From the human T2T-CHM13v2.0 reference genome, Homo sapiens: a stretch of DNA of 64,000 nt. The position numbers and the translations under genes were made by a program. The stretch is from the NCBI RefSeq assembly GCF_009914755.1, contig NC_060929.1. One strand, given 5' to 3'. The notes under the pieces are model-generated. The model saw only the letters and a list, made by a program, of their open reading frames with translations, ran no database searches and was not told the origin of the DNA. This document shows, one piece after another, positions 37,629-51,870 of the stretch (within the stretch, counting starts at the first letter, position 1; each line of letters starts with the position of its first letter).

Positions 37629-38480
37629 TGTTGTGATATTGCAAAATATATATTTGGTCTTTTTCCCTGGTTCTTGGCTCAAAGCTCCTAAAACTTTCAG
37701 AGTGACAGGGGTGATAGAAACATCTTTTATTATAATATTTGGTCTTAGCCCTGGTTCCTGACGCAAGAGCTTCAGGAATCTCTGGAGTGATGAGTGTCTT
37801 TTTTTATACTAGTGAGATGACTGGGACTGGAGGTTCTTAGGTAGCTTCAGGATGAGGGCTGGTCACCAGAAAGACCAAGGTGTGATTAGAGATTTGGAAC
37901 TTTCAGCCCTACCTCCTGACCTCATGGGAGGAGAGAGGGGCTGGAAATTGAATTAAATCACCAATAATTCAAAGGCCAATAATTCATCAATCATGCCTAT
38001 GTAATGGAAACTCCATCAAAACCTTAAAGTACGAGGTCAGAGACCTCCCAGGTTGCTGAACACATTAGAGGTTCTGGGAGGGTGGTGTGCCGTATGCATT
38101 TCTCCCATCTGGTTGTTCCTGAGTTGAATTATTTATAATAAAGTGGTAATAGTAAGTAAACTGTTTTCCTGAGTTCTATGAGTCATTCTAGCAAATTATT
38201 CAACCCAAGGATGGAGTCATGGGAATCTCTGATGTATTGCTGGTTGGTCAGGGGTACAGGAGGCCTGGGACTTGTGAATGGCGTGTATAATGGGGAGCAG
38301 TTTTGTAGAACTGGCCCCTTAATATATGGGGTGTGGTGTTAACTTTGAGCAGTTAGTGTCAGGATTGAATTGAATCATTGAACATCCAGCTGGTATCCTG
38401 GAGAGTTGGAAAATTGTTGTAGGTGTAAGAACCGTAAGAACCGCACATGCTTGGCTTCAGAAGTGTTCCAAAGGTTTGAA
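37629..38480 (+). mobile_element. MER21-like LTR
   Basis: tgttgtgatattgcaaaatatatatttggtc...gcttcaggatgagggctggtcaccagaaagaccaagg...ttcctgagttctatgagtcattctagcaaattat. Confidence 0.85.
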
Positions 38481-38860
38481 CGGATAATACTAATTGGAAA
38501 AACAAACAACCAAACAAACAAATGAAAAGAATCTCGGTCCATAACCTGCACCATGTAACCTGAAAGACTATACACTGAAAGGTAAAACCCAACAATACTT
38601 TAAAAATCCTTGTTGAAAACATAGGATAAACTCTTTGTGAACTTGATAGAGGCAAAGATTTCCTAATGGAGACAAAAAGCACAAGCCAGAGAAGACAAAG
38701 TTAAATGCCATCACAACGAAAACTTCAGCTTTTTGAAAGACACTATTAAGAAAATTTAAAAAAAAATCCAGAGATTGGGGGAAAATATTTAAGACAGAAT
38801 CTGAGGAGAAACGGTATCTAGAATTGATAGAAAACTCTGAAAACCATAATAAGAAAACAA

Positions 38861-39167
<307 letters not shown>

Positions 39168-39959
39168 AAGAAAACAAGAAACTCAATTTTTAAAAATAGG
39201 CTAAAGATTTGGATAGATCTTTACCAAAGAAGAAATATGATGGCAACTACTAATAAGTACATAAAGAGATGCTCAACATCATTAGTAATTAGGGAAATAA
39301 AATTAAAATTACAAGTGAATACCACCATATATACCATAAATACAAGAATAATGACATTTTTTTACAATCTGAAAGTACTAAGTGTTGGCAAGGATGTGAA
39401 ACAACTGGAACTTTCATACATTGCTGGTGGAAGAGCCATTTTGCTGGTTCAGCAACTTGGGAAAACAGTTTGGTAGTTTCTTATAAAGTTAAATACACAC
39501 TTATTGTACAGTTCAGCAATCCTACTCCTAGGTATTTATCCAAAATAAATTTAGACATACGTCCACAAAAATCTTGTACCTGAATACTTACAGCAGCTTT
39601 ATTCATGATTGTCCTAAACAAGAAGCAACCCAAATGTCTGTAAACTAGTGACTGGATTAAAAAAATTTGTGTTACAGCCTTAAAATGGAATACAATTCAG
39701 TTGCAAAAAGCAATAAAGTATTGATCTAGGCAAAATTACAGAGACAAAAAGCAGATCAAAGATTGCCAGGAGCTGGGGGTAGGGAGGGAAGTGGATTGAC
39801 TACAAAGGGACATTAGAAAAGTTTTTGGGCTGATGGAAATATTGTACATCTTCATTGTGGGTGTAGTTACACAAAGATCTGTACATCTACAAAGGATACA
39901 TTTTACTTTATGACAATTATATCTCCATACAGGTGACTTTTAAAAAATCGTGAAGAGAT

Positions 39960-40290
39960 GAAAACTCAATTATGATATCTTTGCTTCTCACCAATATTGT
40001 ACTAGAGGTCCTGGTTTGTACAATAAGACCGAAAGAGGAAATAAAAGGCTCCATATTGTCATTATTGGTGGATAGTATAATTTTCCACATAGAAAATAAA
40101 CCAAAAGTGGTCCAAGAAAAACTATTATAATTAATAAGACAGTTTAGCAAGTTCACAAATGATAAAATCTATATGCAAAAGTCAATTCCATTTCTATTTG
40201 TCAGAATTTGCACTTTAATAAAGATATTATTTATAATTCTACCAAAGAAGATTACCTGTGAATAAATCTAATGAATGCTGTGAAGAAAAT
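39960..40290 (+). mobile_element. Separate old L1 ORF2 (RT) fragment
   Basis: caatattgtactagaggtcctgg...gaggaaataaaagg...ataagacagtttagcaag...aaagtcaattccatttcta. Confidence 0.7.
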
Positions 40291-41894
40291 TGAAGACAGG
40301 GGAAGAGAAATGCCTGCCCAGCTCAGTAACCAAGGTGTTTCCCTGTTAAAATACCTATGAAATTATTAACAGGAAAAAGATTATGCCATTGCTGGAACTA
40401 CATTGTGGCAGACTGCAAGGTTGTCTTGGGAAACACAAGTTCACCTAAGACAATATGAGGAAGGTATAAAACAGTGTAAAGGAAAATAACTTTGGGCACA
40501 TATCCAGTAGCTGGGGCAGTCAGCTCTTTGTACCCAACAGAGAACTCCAATATTGCCTTTTATTTGGGTATCCACACAGCCCAGGATCCACTGGTGAGTA
40601 ATAGAAAGTTGGAAATAAAAACAAAAAAAAATCAGTCTAACTTATTTTCCTTTAATATTTGATTTATTACGATAATAATAAAAATCACAAAATGTTTACA
40701 TGGAATAATACAATGATCACCCTTGTACCCACCACCCAGCTTCATGAAAAGTTTGCCGTATTCTAGTAATGTTTTCACTTTCCTCTATTTCTGTTCATGA
40801 GGAAACAATTGCATGGAAGAAAAGGAGGATGGGTAACAGGACAAGTTTGTCTTTACCTCTTTTTTCTCATGATTATAAAGGGAAACAAAAATTCCATTCA
40901 CAACTCCAAGACATAGCATGATGCATGTTAACATGGGTAACTAAAGAGGCAGTATCTAGAGGATTCAGAGAAGAGGCAAATGGTGATGTGTCTTTCAAAT
41001 GCTCTTCATAGGTGAGCAAGGTGTGTCAGCAGGCGGGCAAATGGCCATGGATTAGGACCACTGTCCATGATGACATGTTGAAAGTAAACCCAAGGGTAGA
41101 CCTGGCCCCAGAGCTCACAAGCATCACAAGCTGCTAACTGTGGACAGTGGTGAGCAGAATTTACTAACCCACCTCACTTGAAATTTCTGGTGTGTATCTC
41201 TACTTCTGTCTCCTGATTTTAGCCTGAGTGAGCATTGAGGGTTTTGAATTCTATATGGGTGGTTGATCAAGATCAAACCACAAAGATTATAGGAATATTT
41301 GCAGAGTTTAAGGATCTACATTGACATTATTAGGGTTCCAGACGGGGTTGGGAAAGGGTGCTAAGTAAATCACAGAGCCTTCACTTCCTAGACTCGGACA
41401 CAGACTCAAGGAACAAGCAGGGTTTCTAAGGGGATTTCAGCCTTGTGGGGTCACAGGAAAGCCCAACTGGCTTTGACAGGTATGGCCTCTTACTGCTTAA
41501 ATGTTGGGCTCTTATTTTAGATATTTTTGCCCCAGGGTTTAGCTGCATTTCTTCCTCACTCAGTTAAAAAATTCTCACTAGGTTCAAAGACTTCATAAGG
41601 ATGTTTAAACCTACTTCACTGATCCAGGAAATGGTGCCTGGTAAGAACTAAAAATAAACCAGAAAGGCTCAGGCTGGGTTTCAATGGCAGACTCCAAGGA
41701 GTTCGAAGGATTTCTAAACTTGGCCAAAGGCTTTCCTGCTTTTCTATTTCAAGTTCATTCACTTGAGAATTTTCAAAATCTGAAGATCATTCCTTCCTTT
41801 TCCTGGAATTGAAAATAGAAGAACCCTGGCTTAACTTTGGAGCAGATTGCAATTTATATTTTGGTCCTTCTGTGATGCGATTATGATTGTATAA

Positions 41895-42120
41895 TGAGGT
41901 AGTTAAGGGTATGGACATTGGAATCAGACAACCTGGGTTCAAACCCCAGCTTGTTTACTGACTGCCTATCAGGCCTTAACCTCTCTCAGCCTCAGTTTCT
42001 TTTTCTGCAAAGTCAGAGTTGATATGAGGATTAAATACACACATTATGTGTGTGTTTAACACAGGTACTAGAACACAGTGAGTATTCAGTAAATGGCAGC
42101 TCCTACCTTACTCTTATTAT
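41895..42120 (+). mobile_element. MIR
   Basis: ggaatcagacaacctgggttcaaaccccagct...aacctctctcagcctcagtttc...tattcagtaaatggcagct. Confidence 0.8.
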
Positions 42121-42269
42121 TTCAAACAAAACTTTCTCTTAATTTTCTATAATCATCTTGGAAATGAAGCCAATAGTATTCCAGGTTGTGTGTGAGTGTT
42201 AGTGTGTGTATCTGTGTGTGTGGGCGGAAGGTGGGGGGTGGTCAATACATTCATGTAACTTCTAGTCAG

Positions 42270-42665
42270 AGCTGCTACTGACTAACATCTGTTTCCTCAT
42301 ATTGCTGGGCACACAACTAAGGCCACCTTTCCCAGACTCCCTTGTAGTAAGGTGATGCCATGTAACTATGTTCTAGCCAAAAATGTGAACAGAAGTGGTA
42401 TGTGCCATTTGTAGTCTTGGCCCATGGATATTTCCCTTTAAGTCCTCCTTCCTGCTCTTTCCCCTGGGATGGAGATGATTGTGGTGATCTTAGAAACTCT
42501 AGATGAAGATGACAGAGCCCCTGTCAGCCTGAGTCCTTGAATGACAGTTGGGGGATGGAAGCAAGACAACCTCCACTGAGAAGGAACATCTACCTTGGAC
42601 TAAGATAAACTTCTACTGTGTCTGAAACATTATGTTATTAATTGTTATTTGTTATAATAACTAGA
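42270..42665 (+). mobile_element. MLT1J-like MaLR LTR
   Basis: tttcccagactcccttgtagtaaggtgatgccatgtaactatgttctagccaa...cagcctgagtccttgaatgac...ataaacttctactgtg. Confidence 0.78.
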
Positions 42666-45600
42666 TCCAAATGCCTAGTGCCTTCTTGATCACCTCCTTC
42701 CTTAATTTATACTTCTTTTTAGCTTTCCATTTAAAATTCTTGACTTAAGTAAAAGTTAAAGCAGAGTTTCCCGGGAGGCCAATTAACCAAAATCAACATC
42801 TAGGAGTGTCTATTGATTTTACGGAGTGCTTCTGCTCTTTATTTCCTAAGACCCAGGGATCTTGGGAATTAAGCCTCACTAAGACAGAATTTTGAGGGTG
42901 AATGTGGGAAGGTTCGGACTACCTGGATTTTACTGTTCTTGACATCAGAGACTTAAGTGTAACAAGTAGAGTTCACTTAGACACGTGTCTCCATTTGAAC
43001 ATACTTAAAAGGGTTCGTGAAAACGAACAAAGGCTTAGTTGAGAATGACTAGAATCACTAATGGAAATTAGATTCAATTTAAAACATACAGTTAATTGCA
43101 AAAAGTATAAAGAATATACAGCAGGTTTTCACATCAGTCTCTAGTTCCTGCCTACTTACAGAATAGTCACCCTTAACAAATAAAATTCAGGAAAGAGTCT
43201 CTACTCCAAGTCTCTGTATCCTCTTTTGTGGGTTCCCTGTTGCTATTGTCCCCAGGCCACTGTGCACCAGAATCTTTCTTTCTTTAAGTACTTGCTTTAT
43301 GTACTAAGTCTTACTAATTGTCTCCAGACAACTCTGCTTTTTCCTAATGTGCCTGGCAAAATGTTGGCTGCTTCCTTTACCTGTTAATAAAAATGATTGC
43401 CCATTCGCACCTGCTTGTACCACCAGGTGGGCCTGAGGGCAGGTCTGCCCAACTTGGTGCTGCTTCCCAACTCCCAAGTACCTGAGCACACCATCTAGGG
43501 GCCTGGGGATCACCCAGCCCAGTCCACCATGAGTGGCACCTGAGCACTCTTCCTGGGATCTGAGGTTGGCTCCATTCAACTTGGTGCTACCATCAAAGCT
43601 GACACTCACCTGTAGGTCTGGGGACTGGACCACCCAACCTGTTGCAATGACTGCCAATACCAATGTGGACCACTTGGGTCCCGGAGGGTTGTTCCACTAC
43701 TACTATTGCCATTAACCATGCCACACATTTTCTTCCCAATAGCTTGAGAACCTACTCACCCACCCAACTCACTGCTGTCATTCCCAGCACCCAAGCAATC
43801 CACCTGGAGGCTCAATAATTGACTGGCTTGGAGCTGCTAACACCAGGACCAGTGTATGCCACCCTGGGGCTCAAGGACAGGCATGCTCAGCCCACCGCTG
43901 CCACCACTGAGGCTTCAAGACTTGCCCAACTGATGTCCTAATCCTCAGCCAAACTTTACCACAGCCCCCATTAACAAATGCACCCTAAGCCATCAAGGAA
44001 ATCACAGACGTCACTGATGTAACCATACAGAAACTACAGTACTGCATGCACCCAGAATCAAAACCAAAGTGCCCTACCCAAAAAACACAATAGATATAAC
44101 TTCAGGAAAAATTCCTCCCCTATGAAATCAAATTTAAAAAATGGGAAGAAGTGACTGTTACACCAGATGTGCAGTTATCAATGTAAAAACATACGAAACT
44201 TTAAAAAGCAAGGAACTGTAACACCTTCAAAGGAATATAATCATTTTCCACTAACAAATTCCAACCAAAAAAAATTTACAGAATTCCAGAAAAATTCAAA
44301 ATATTGATACTGAAGGAGTTCAGTGGGATACAAGACAATTCTGAAAAACAATATTAAAAAATGAGAAAAACTATTCAGGATATGAATAAGATATCCTCAT
44401 ATCAAAGGGACAGATTTGAAAAAGAATAAAACTGAAATTCTCAAACTGAAAACTACATTGAATTAAATACAAAATACATTCAAAAGCCTCAATAATAGGC
44501 TAGGTCAGGCAGAAGAAAGAATATCAGAACTTTAAGGCAGGTCATTTGAAGTAATCCTGTCAGATTAAAACAAATAATAAAGAATAAGCAAAGCCTTTGC
44601 AACATGTGGGGCCCTTTCATAAAATGCAATATTTGAATTTTTGGTGTTCCAGAAGGTGAAGAGGAAACAAAAGAGTTAGAAAGCCTATTTAACAAAATAA
44701 TAGATAAAAACTTCCCAAGTCTAGCAAGAGATTTAGACATCCAGATATAAGAGGCTCAAAGATCCCTAAACAGATAAAATTCAAAAAGGTCTTTTTCATA
44801 GCACATTATAGTCAAACTGTCAAAAATCAAAGACAAAGATAAAATTCTAGAGAATCAAGAGAAAAACACTTAGTCACAATAAAGATATCCCCGTCAGACT
44901 AACAATGGATTTCTCAGCAAAAACCTTCAGGACTAGAGAGAATGGGATGATATTTAAAGTGCTGAAGGAAAAAAAATTCCAGCCAAGGATACTATGTCCA
45001 GTAAAAGTATCATTCATGAAGGAAGAAGAAATAAAGTCTTTCCCAGAGAAGCAAAAGCTGAGGAAATTTATCCTTACTAGACTGGCCCTATGAGAAATGT
45101 TTAAAGGATTTCTATAACTGGAAGAAAAAGAACAATAAGTACCATCATGGAAACACATGAAAATATAAAAACCACTGCTAGAGCAAACACACAAACAAGG
45201 AAGAGAAAAACTTAAATGTTACTGCTACAGAATACCACCAAACCACAATGAAAACAGTAACAGAGAAAGAAAGAAACAAATGATATACCAAACAAGATAT
45301 TAAGTAATAAAATGAAAGGAATAAGCCCTTATATATCAATAATAAACTTTAGTGTAAATGAATTAAACTTGCTACCTAAAAGATATGGACTGGCTGAATG
45401 GATTAAAAAAATGATTCAATGATATACTGCCTATGAGAAACTCATCTCACCTCTAAAGACACATAAAATGACAACAAAGTGATGGAAAAAGGTATTGCAG
45501 GCAAACAGAAAGCAAAAGTGAGCAGGAGGAGCTATATTAATATCAGAGAAAACAGACTTTAAGACAAAAACAGTAAAAAAATACGAAGAAGCTCATTATA

Positions 45601-46776
45601 TAATGATAAAGGGATGAATTTAGCAAGAATATATAACAATTCTAAACATATGTGCATCCAATACCAAAATATCCAAATACGCAAAGAAAATATTGTTAGG
45701 CATAAGGGGAGAGACAGACCCAAATATAATAACACTTAGGGACTTCAGTACCCTATTCTCAGCATTATACAGATCATTTACACTGAAAATTAAAAGAACA
45801 TTGAATTTAAACTTCACATTAAACCAAATGGACCTAACAAATATTTACAAAACATTTTATCCAACAACTGCAGAATACACATTCTTCTCATTGGCACACA
45901 AAACGTTCTCCAGGATACGTCATATGTTAGGACAAAATCAAGTCTCAACAAATTTAAAAAAAATCAAAATCATATCAAGTATCTTCTCAGACCACAGTAG
46001 AATATAAGCTAGAAATCAACAACAAGAGAAACTTTGGAAACTGTACAAATATATGAAAATTAAACTACATGCTTCTGAATGACAAGTGGGTCAAGGAAGA
46101 AATTAAGGGGGAAATTAAAAAAATTCTTGAAATAAATAAAAATGAACATATTATGTAACAAAACCTATGGGATACAGCAAAGCAGTGCTAAAAGGAAACT
46201 TTTTAGTAGTAAATACCTACATCAAAAAACTAAAAAGATTTCAAACTAATTATTTGATGATGCATCTCATGGAACTAGAAAAACAAGAACAAACCAAACC
46301 CAACATTTGTAGAAGGAAAGAATTAATGATGACCAGAGCAGAACTAAACAAAATAGACACTAAAAACCAATACAAAGAATCAATGAAATTAAAAGCTGAG
46401 TCTTTTGGAGATGAAAATCAACAAACCACTTGCTAGGCTAACCAAGAAAAAAATTAGAGAAGACCCACGTAAATAAAACAAGAAATGAAAAAGTAGACAT
46501 TACTACTGGTATCACAGAAATACAGAAGATCATCAGAGACTAATATAAACACCTATACACTGACAAACTAGAAACTCTAGAGGAAATGGATGAATTCCTG
46601 GAAACATACAACCTACCAAGATTGAATTAGGAAGTAGCAGAAACCTTGAACAAGGCAATAAGAAAAAGCATGATTGAATTAGCGATGAAAAGTCTCCCAA
46701 AAAAGAAAAATCCAAGACCAGATAGCTTCATGGCCGAATTCTACTAAACTTTCAAAGCAAAACTAACACACCAATT

Positions 46777-46854
46777 CTCAAAAAAATAAGGAAAGGGAAA
46801 TATTCTCTTCAAGGCCTCAAAAAATTAAGGAAAGGGAAATATTCTCTTCAAGGC
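46777..46854. repeat. 39-bp tandem duplication inside L1 ORF2
   Basis: ctcaaaaaa(a/t)taaggaaagggaaatattctcttcaaggc at 46777 and 46816. Confidence 0.93.
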
Positions 46855-47640
46855 TAGCATTACCCTGATACCAAAGCTAGACAAGGATACAACAAAAAAG
46901 AAAATCACAGGCTAATATCCCAGATGAATATAGATGCAAAAATTCTCAAGAAAATACTAGCAAGCCAAACCCAACAACACATCAAAAAAATTATATACTA
47001 TGGTCAAGTGGGATTTATCTCAGGAATGCAAGAATTGTTTAACATACATGAATCAATAAACATGATATATCAACAGAATGAAAGACAAAAACCATATAAT
47101 CCTCTTGATAGACACAGAAAAAGCATTTGATAAAATTCAACATTCCTTCATGACAAAAACTCTCAACAAACTGGGCTTAGAAGGAATTTACTTCAACATA
47201 ACAAGGGTCATATATGACAAACCCACAGCTAATGTCAAATTGAATGGGGAGAAACTAAAAAGTCTTTCCCACAAGAAGTGGAACAGGACAAGGATGCCCG
47301 CTTTCACTACTCCTATTCAACATAGTACTGGAAGTTCTAGCCAGAGCAATCAGGCAAGAGAAAACAATAAAAGGGATCCAAATTAGAAAAAAGAAAGTCA
47401 AATTGTCCGTCTTTGCTGATGACATGATTTTACATCTAGAAAAACCTAAAGTTTTCACCAAAAACACTTTTAGATCTGATAAATAAATTCAGTAAAGTTT
47501 CAGTATACAAAATCAACATACAAAAATCAGTGACATTTCTATATACCAATAATAAACTAGCTGAGAAAGAAATCAAGAAGTCAATCCCATTTACAATGGC
47601 TACAAAAAAACCACCTAGGAATAAATTTAACCAAGGAGGT

Positions 47641-48066
47641 TGTAGAGGTGAAAGCAACTCCATCTTGGTTGCTAATCAGCCATGTTGACTTCTCATTAAC
47701 CCCAGTTCCAAGAAGGCCTCTAAGATTTCCAGTTTATCTATTATTCCTTGTGTAAGAGCAGACACTTAACATAAATCCTGCCCTTAGGTCAAAGCAACCT
47801 TGATGTCATTGTACCTCAATTGCCCTACATATCCCTTCCAAATCACATGTACCAGTTTCCTATGGTATATAACCCCTGAATCTGGATAAGGGCAGGGATC
47901 CACCACCTTGTCTTGCTGCCACCTAAGACATAGACATAACTTCTGTTCATAAGTCATGATTAAATGTTTCTTTCTAAGAAACTGGATTTATCAGTCTCCT
48001 TCTTTTGTCTGTCAGCTTCCATGGACTTTGGGGGCAGGTTTGCATAGGCCTGCCCACCATGGAACA
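47641..48066 (+). mobile_element. Solo LTR47-like element inserted in L1 ORF2
   Basis: tgtagagg...agcaactccatcttgg...catggaaca; exact 5-bp TSD gaggt (47636-47640 and 48067-48071); L1 resumes seamlessly. Confidence 0.85.
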
Positions 48067-50077
48067 GAGGTGAAAGATCTCTAAAAGGAAAACTACAAAA
48101 CACTGATAAAATAAATTGAAGAGGGCACAAACATCCCATGCTCATGGATCAAAAGAATTAATATCATTAGGAAGACCATACTGCCCAAAGATATCTATAG
48201 ATTCAATCCAAGCCCTATCAAAATGCCAATGTCATTTTTTTCATAGAAGTAGAGAAAAAATTTAAATTTGTATGGAACTGAAAAAGAACCTGAATAGTCA
48301 AAGCAATCCTGAACAAAAAGGACAAAGCTGGAGGCATCACACTACCTGACTTCAAAATATATTGCAAGACTATAGTAACCAAAACAGCATGGTATTGATA
48401 TAAGAACAAGCACATAGACCAATGGAAGAGAATAGAAAATCCAGAAATAAATCCACATATTTCTAGACAACTGATTTTCAACCATGGTGCCAAGAACATA
48501 CATTGAGGAGAGGACATGGGAAGCTGGATATCAATATACAGAAGAATGAAACTAGACTCCTATCTCTCACCATATATAAAAATCAACTCAAGATGGATTA
48601 AAGACTTAAACATAAGACTGAAACTATAAAATTAATAGAAGAAAACATAGGGAAAACACTTTATGGCATTGGTCTAGGCAAAGATTTTATCGCTAAGACC
48701 TCAAAAGCACAGGGAGCAAAAACAAAAATAGAAAAAATGGGATTATATTAAATTTAAAAAGTGTCTGCACAGCAAGGAAACAATCAACAGAGTGAAGAGA
48801 CAATCTACTGAATTGGAGAAAATATTTTCAAACTCTTCATCAGACAAGGAACTAATACCCAGGTTATGTCAGAAACTCAAACAACTAAGTGATGTTAGGC
48901 ATATATATATCATCAGGGAAATGCAAATCAAATGTGATATCTACCACAATGAGATATCATCTCATCCCAGTTAGAATGGCTATTATTAAAAAGACAAAAA
49001 AAAAAAACAAGTGCTAGTAAGATGATGCAGAGAAGAGAAAATTTTTATACATGGTTGATGGGAATGTAAATTAGTACAGCCACTATGGAAAACAGTATGA
49101 AGATTCTCAAAAAGTAAAAACAGAGTTACCATATGACCCAGTAATCCCACTACTGGATATTTATCTGTAGGAAAATAAATCAGTATATCAAAGAGATACC
49201 CATACTCACATGTTTATTGCAGCACTATTCATAATAACAAATATATGGAATTAACCTAAATGTCAATCAATGGACAAATGAATAAAAAAAAGTGTTATAT
49301 GTACAAGGTGGAATATTATTAAGCCATTGAAAAGGAATGGAACTATGTCATTTTGAGCAACATGGATGGAACTGGAGTTCCATTATGTTAAGTGAAATAA
49401 GCTAGACACAGAAAAATAAATTTTGTATGTTCTCTCTCATATGTGAAAGCTAAAAAATTTGATCTCATGGAGACAGAGAGTAGAATGATAAATACCAGAG
49501 GCTGGAATGGGGTGTGGGTGGGAGGGGAGGATGATGAGAGGTTGTTTAATGGATACAAACATACAGTTAGATAGAAGGTATATGTTTATATGTTTGACAG
49601 CAGAGCGGGGTGACTGTAGTTAGCAACAATGTATTGTATATTTCAAAGTAGCTAGAAGAGAGAACTTGAAATATCCCCAACATACAGAAATGATAAATAC
49701 TCAAGGTAACAGATACCCCAAATACCCTGACTTGATCATTACACTTTCTATGCATGTAACAAAATATCATATATACCTCCATAAATATGTAAAATATTAT
49801 GTATTAATACAAAAATGGCTGGCTGTTAATGAATATAACTAGCTTACCAGAGCCCTCTAGCTGCCCTCTTTCTGCAATAGTGATGACTAGGAAGTTGCTA
49901 AGCTTTTTCACCCTTGTATAGCACCTTGATATTTCCTGTGTGAGTCACACCATTACTATCCCTCCAACAACAGAGGCTGAAAAAAATTACACTCCAGGCC
50001 TTGTTTCTCACACAATAGGGCTTGGCAGCATGCTCCACCCTCAGATTCTATTCCTAGGGCTTACCCTCCAAGGAGTC

Positions 50078-50462
50078 TGCAATGGACTGGATGTTTTTGT
50101 CTCCCCTTTTTCCTCCCAAATTCATATGATAAAAAGCTCATCCTAATGTGATGGTATTTGGAGAAGAGGCCTTTGGGAGGTCATTAGGTCATTAGGATGG
50201 AATCCTCATGAATGGGATTCAGGCCAGTATAAGAAGAGGCCAGAGAGCTAGCTATTTTTTGCTCTTCTATGTGAGATACAATGAAAAGTCAGATATCTAC
50301 AAACCAGGAAGTAACCTCTCGCCAGACACTGGATCTGCTGGCTCCTTTATCTTGGACTTGCCAGGCTCCACAACTGTAAGAAATAAATGTTTGTTGATAA
50401 AATAAATGTTTGTTGTACCAGTCTATGATAATTTGTTATAGCAGCCTTAACTGACCAAAACA
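50078..50462 (+). mobile_element. Solo MLT1A/MST-type LTR
   Basis: tgcaatggactggatg...gcctttgggaggtcattagg...atcttggacttgccagg...ttgttatagcagcc; aaataaatgtttgttg duplicated. Confidence 0.83.
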
Positions 50463-51724
50463 GTAAATATATTACGTACATACAAGATGTGAACACAAAC
50501 CAAAACTCCTTATTGAGTCCACTAAAGCTTTCCATGAGAGTTCTGAGAATAGTTCTGCCAAAACAAGTGTTGGAAGGAGTATGAAGGGGTTGCTGGAGCT
50601 TGGAGGTAGTGACCTACCAATTCAAATTAGATGTTATGTAGCTCATGGTAGATGTGTAGGTAGATAGCTAGCGCCCTTGATTGCCAATGAGTAAGCAATG
50701 TTAGTTGAAAAACAGAACTAGAATTAAGGGTAGTTCTGTAGTTAAGGATACAGATTCCCAGGGTACTCCACTATAATCCACACTGTACTTGCAAAGATTA
50801 AAATATTATTCAAAAGAAACAAAATTGTATGAAGGAAATTCCAAAATCCCATAGCCTTCATATTCCAAAACCAGGTTTTTTTGAAAAGAATTCCAGGATA
50901 CATTTCAAAACAGAGAAGTTTCTAATTTTCAGATCATTATTCATTCTGAAGTTATGACAAAGCAACAATTGATTTGAACAGGTAATGCATAATTAATTGA
51001 AGTCAATAAATTAGAATTCCCCTTAAGACAGAATCAGTCCTTCTTGTCCTGGATCTTTGGCTGTTTTCAGCAGTTTTGTACTGAGCTAAACTAGATGGGA
51101 AGTTTTCCTTAAGAATTTCCAAGGAATGGGAAGAATGGTGAATACTTGGGAGTACATCTTCCTTAGGGAAGGAGAGAAAGGAATGTAGGTTGCACAACCA
51201 ATATGCAGTAGGTGCTTTATAGATACTATTTATTCACTTGATGTTCTCAAATATCAAAGTTAGTGTTATTATTTTCATTTCGCATATATAGTTAAGCAAG
51301 TTGAACACGATCAGTTGACTATTAAGTAGAAGACATAGTACTCAAATGTGACCTGCTGGGCTTCAAAACTCATCTTTTCACTGTCAGATGCCCTGGTATC
51401 TATCACAGAGCATGAGTTATCTTCCTACTAAATGCAGATGGTTTAAGAAGAGAATGCAATAATGACTATTATAAGGTCAGCAAGAAGTTCTAGTTCTACA
51501 ACTGAGCCCTAGAACTTTCTCTCTAAATACTTCAACAGGAGTCTTGTTTCTTCTAATGTTCAACTGCCTTCTGACCCAGGCTGAAGTATTCCTTTGTAAT
51601 TGGCAGAGTTTCAATTCATAGTGATTCAGTAGTACAGAGAAATGGGTAGGCTTTGATTTTTCAATCCATTTCAGCCACCAAATCTCACTCTGCTCTCCTT
51701 TCTTTGGCCTCTAGTGAAGTTGTT

Positions 51725-51870
51725 GTTGAGCTTTAGTATACATAAAAAACAGCTGATGGAATTGTTTAAAAATGAATGTTTTGGCTTCTATCCTAGAAAG
51801 CCAAGAGGTTTGGGGTGAGGCCAAGAATCTGCATTTTTTACAAACATCTCAGGTGATCAGGGAAATCTGA
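51725..51870 (+). mobile_element. MER5-like MITE fragment
   Basis: tttggggtgaggccaagaatctgcattttttacaaacatctcaggtgat. Confidence 0.65.

Larger units (their letters stand above)
43400..49815 (+). mobile_element. Long L1MA-type LINE (part of 5' UTR, ORF1, ORF2, 3' UTR), decayed
   Basis: GC-richer 5' UTR 43400-44100; ORF1 remnant IFKVLKEKKFQPRILCPVKVSF; ORF2 ATG 45312, EN remnant (DFSTLFSAL, EYTFFS), [15 protein letters not shown] 47412-47426; 3' UTR to 49815. Confidence 0.93.
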
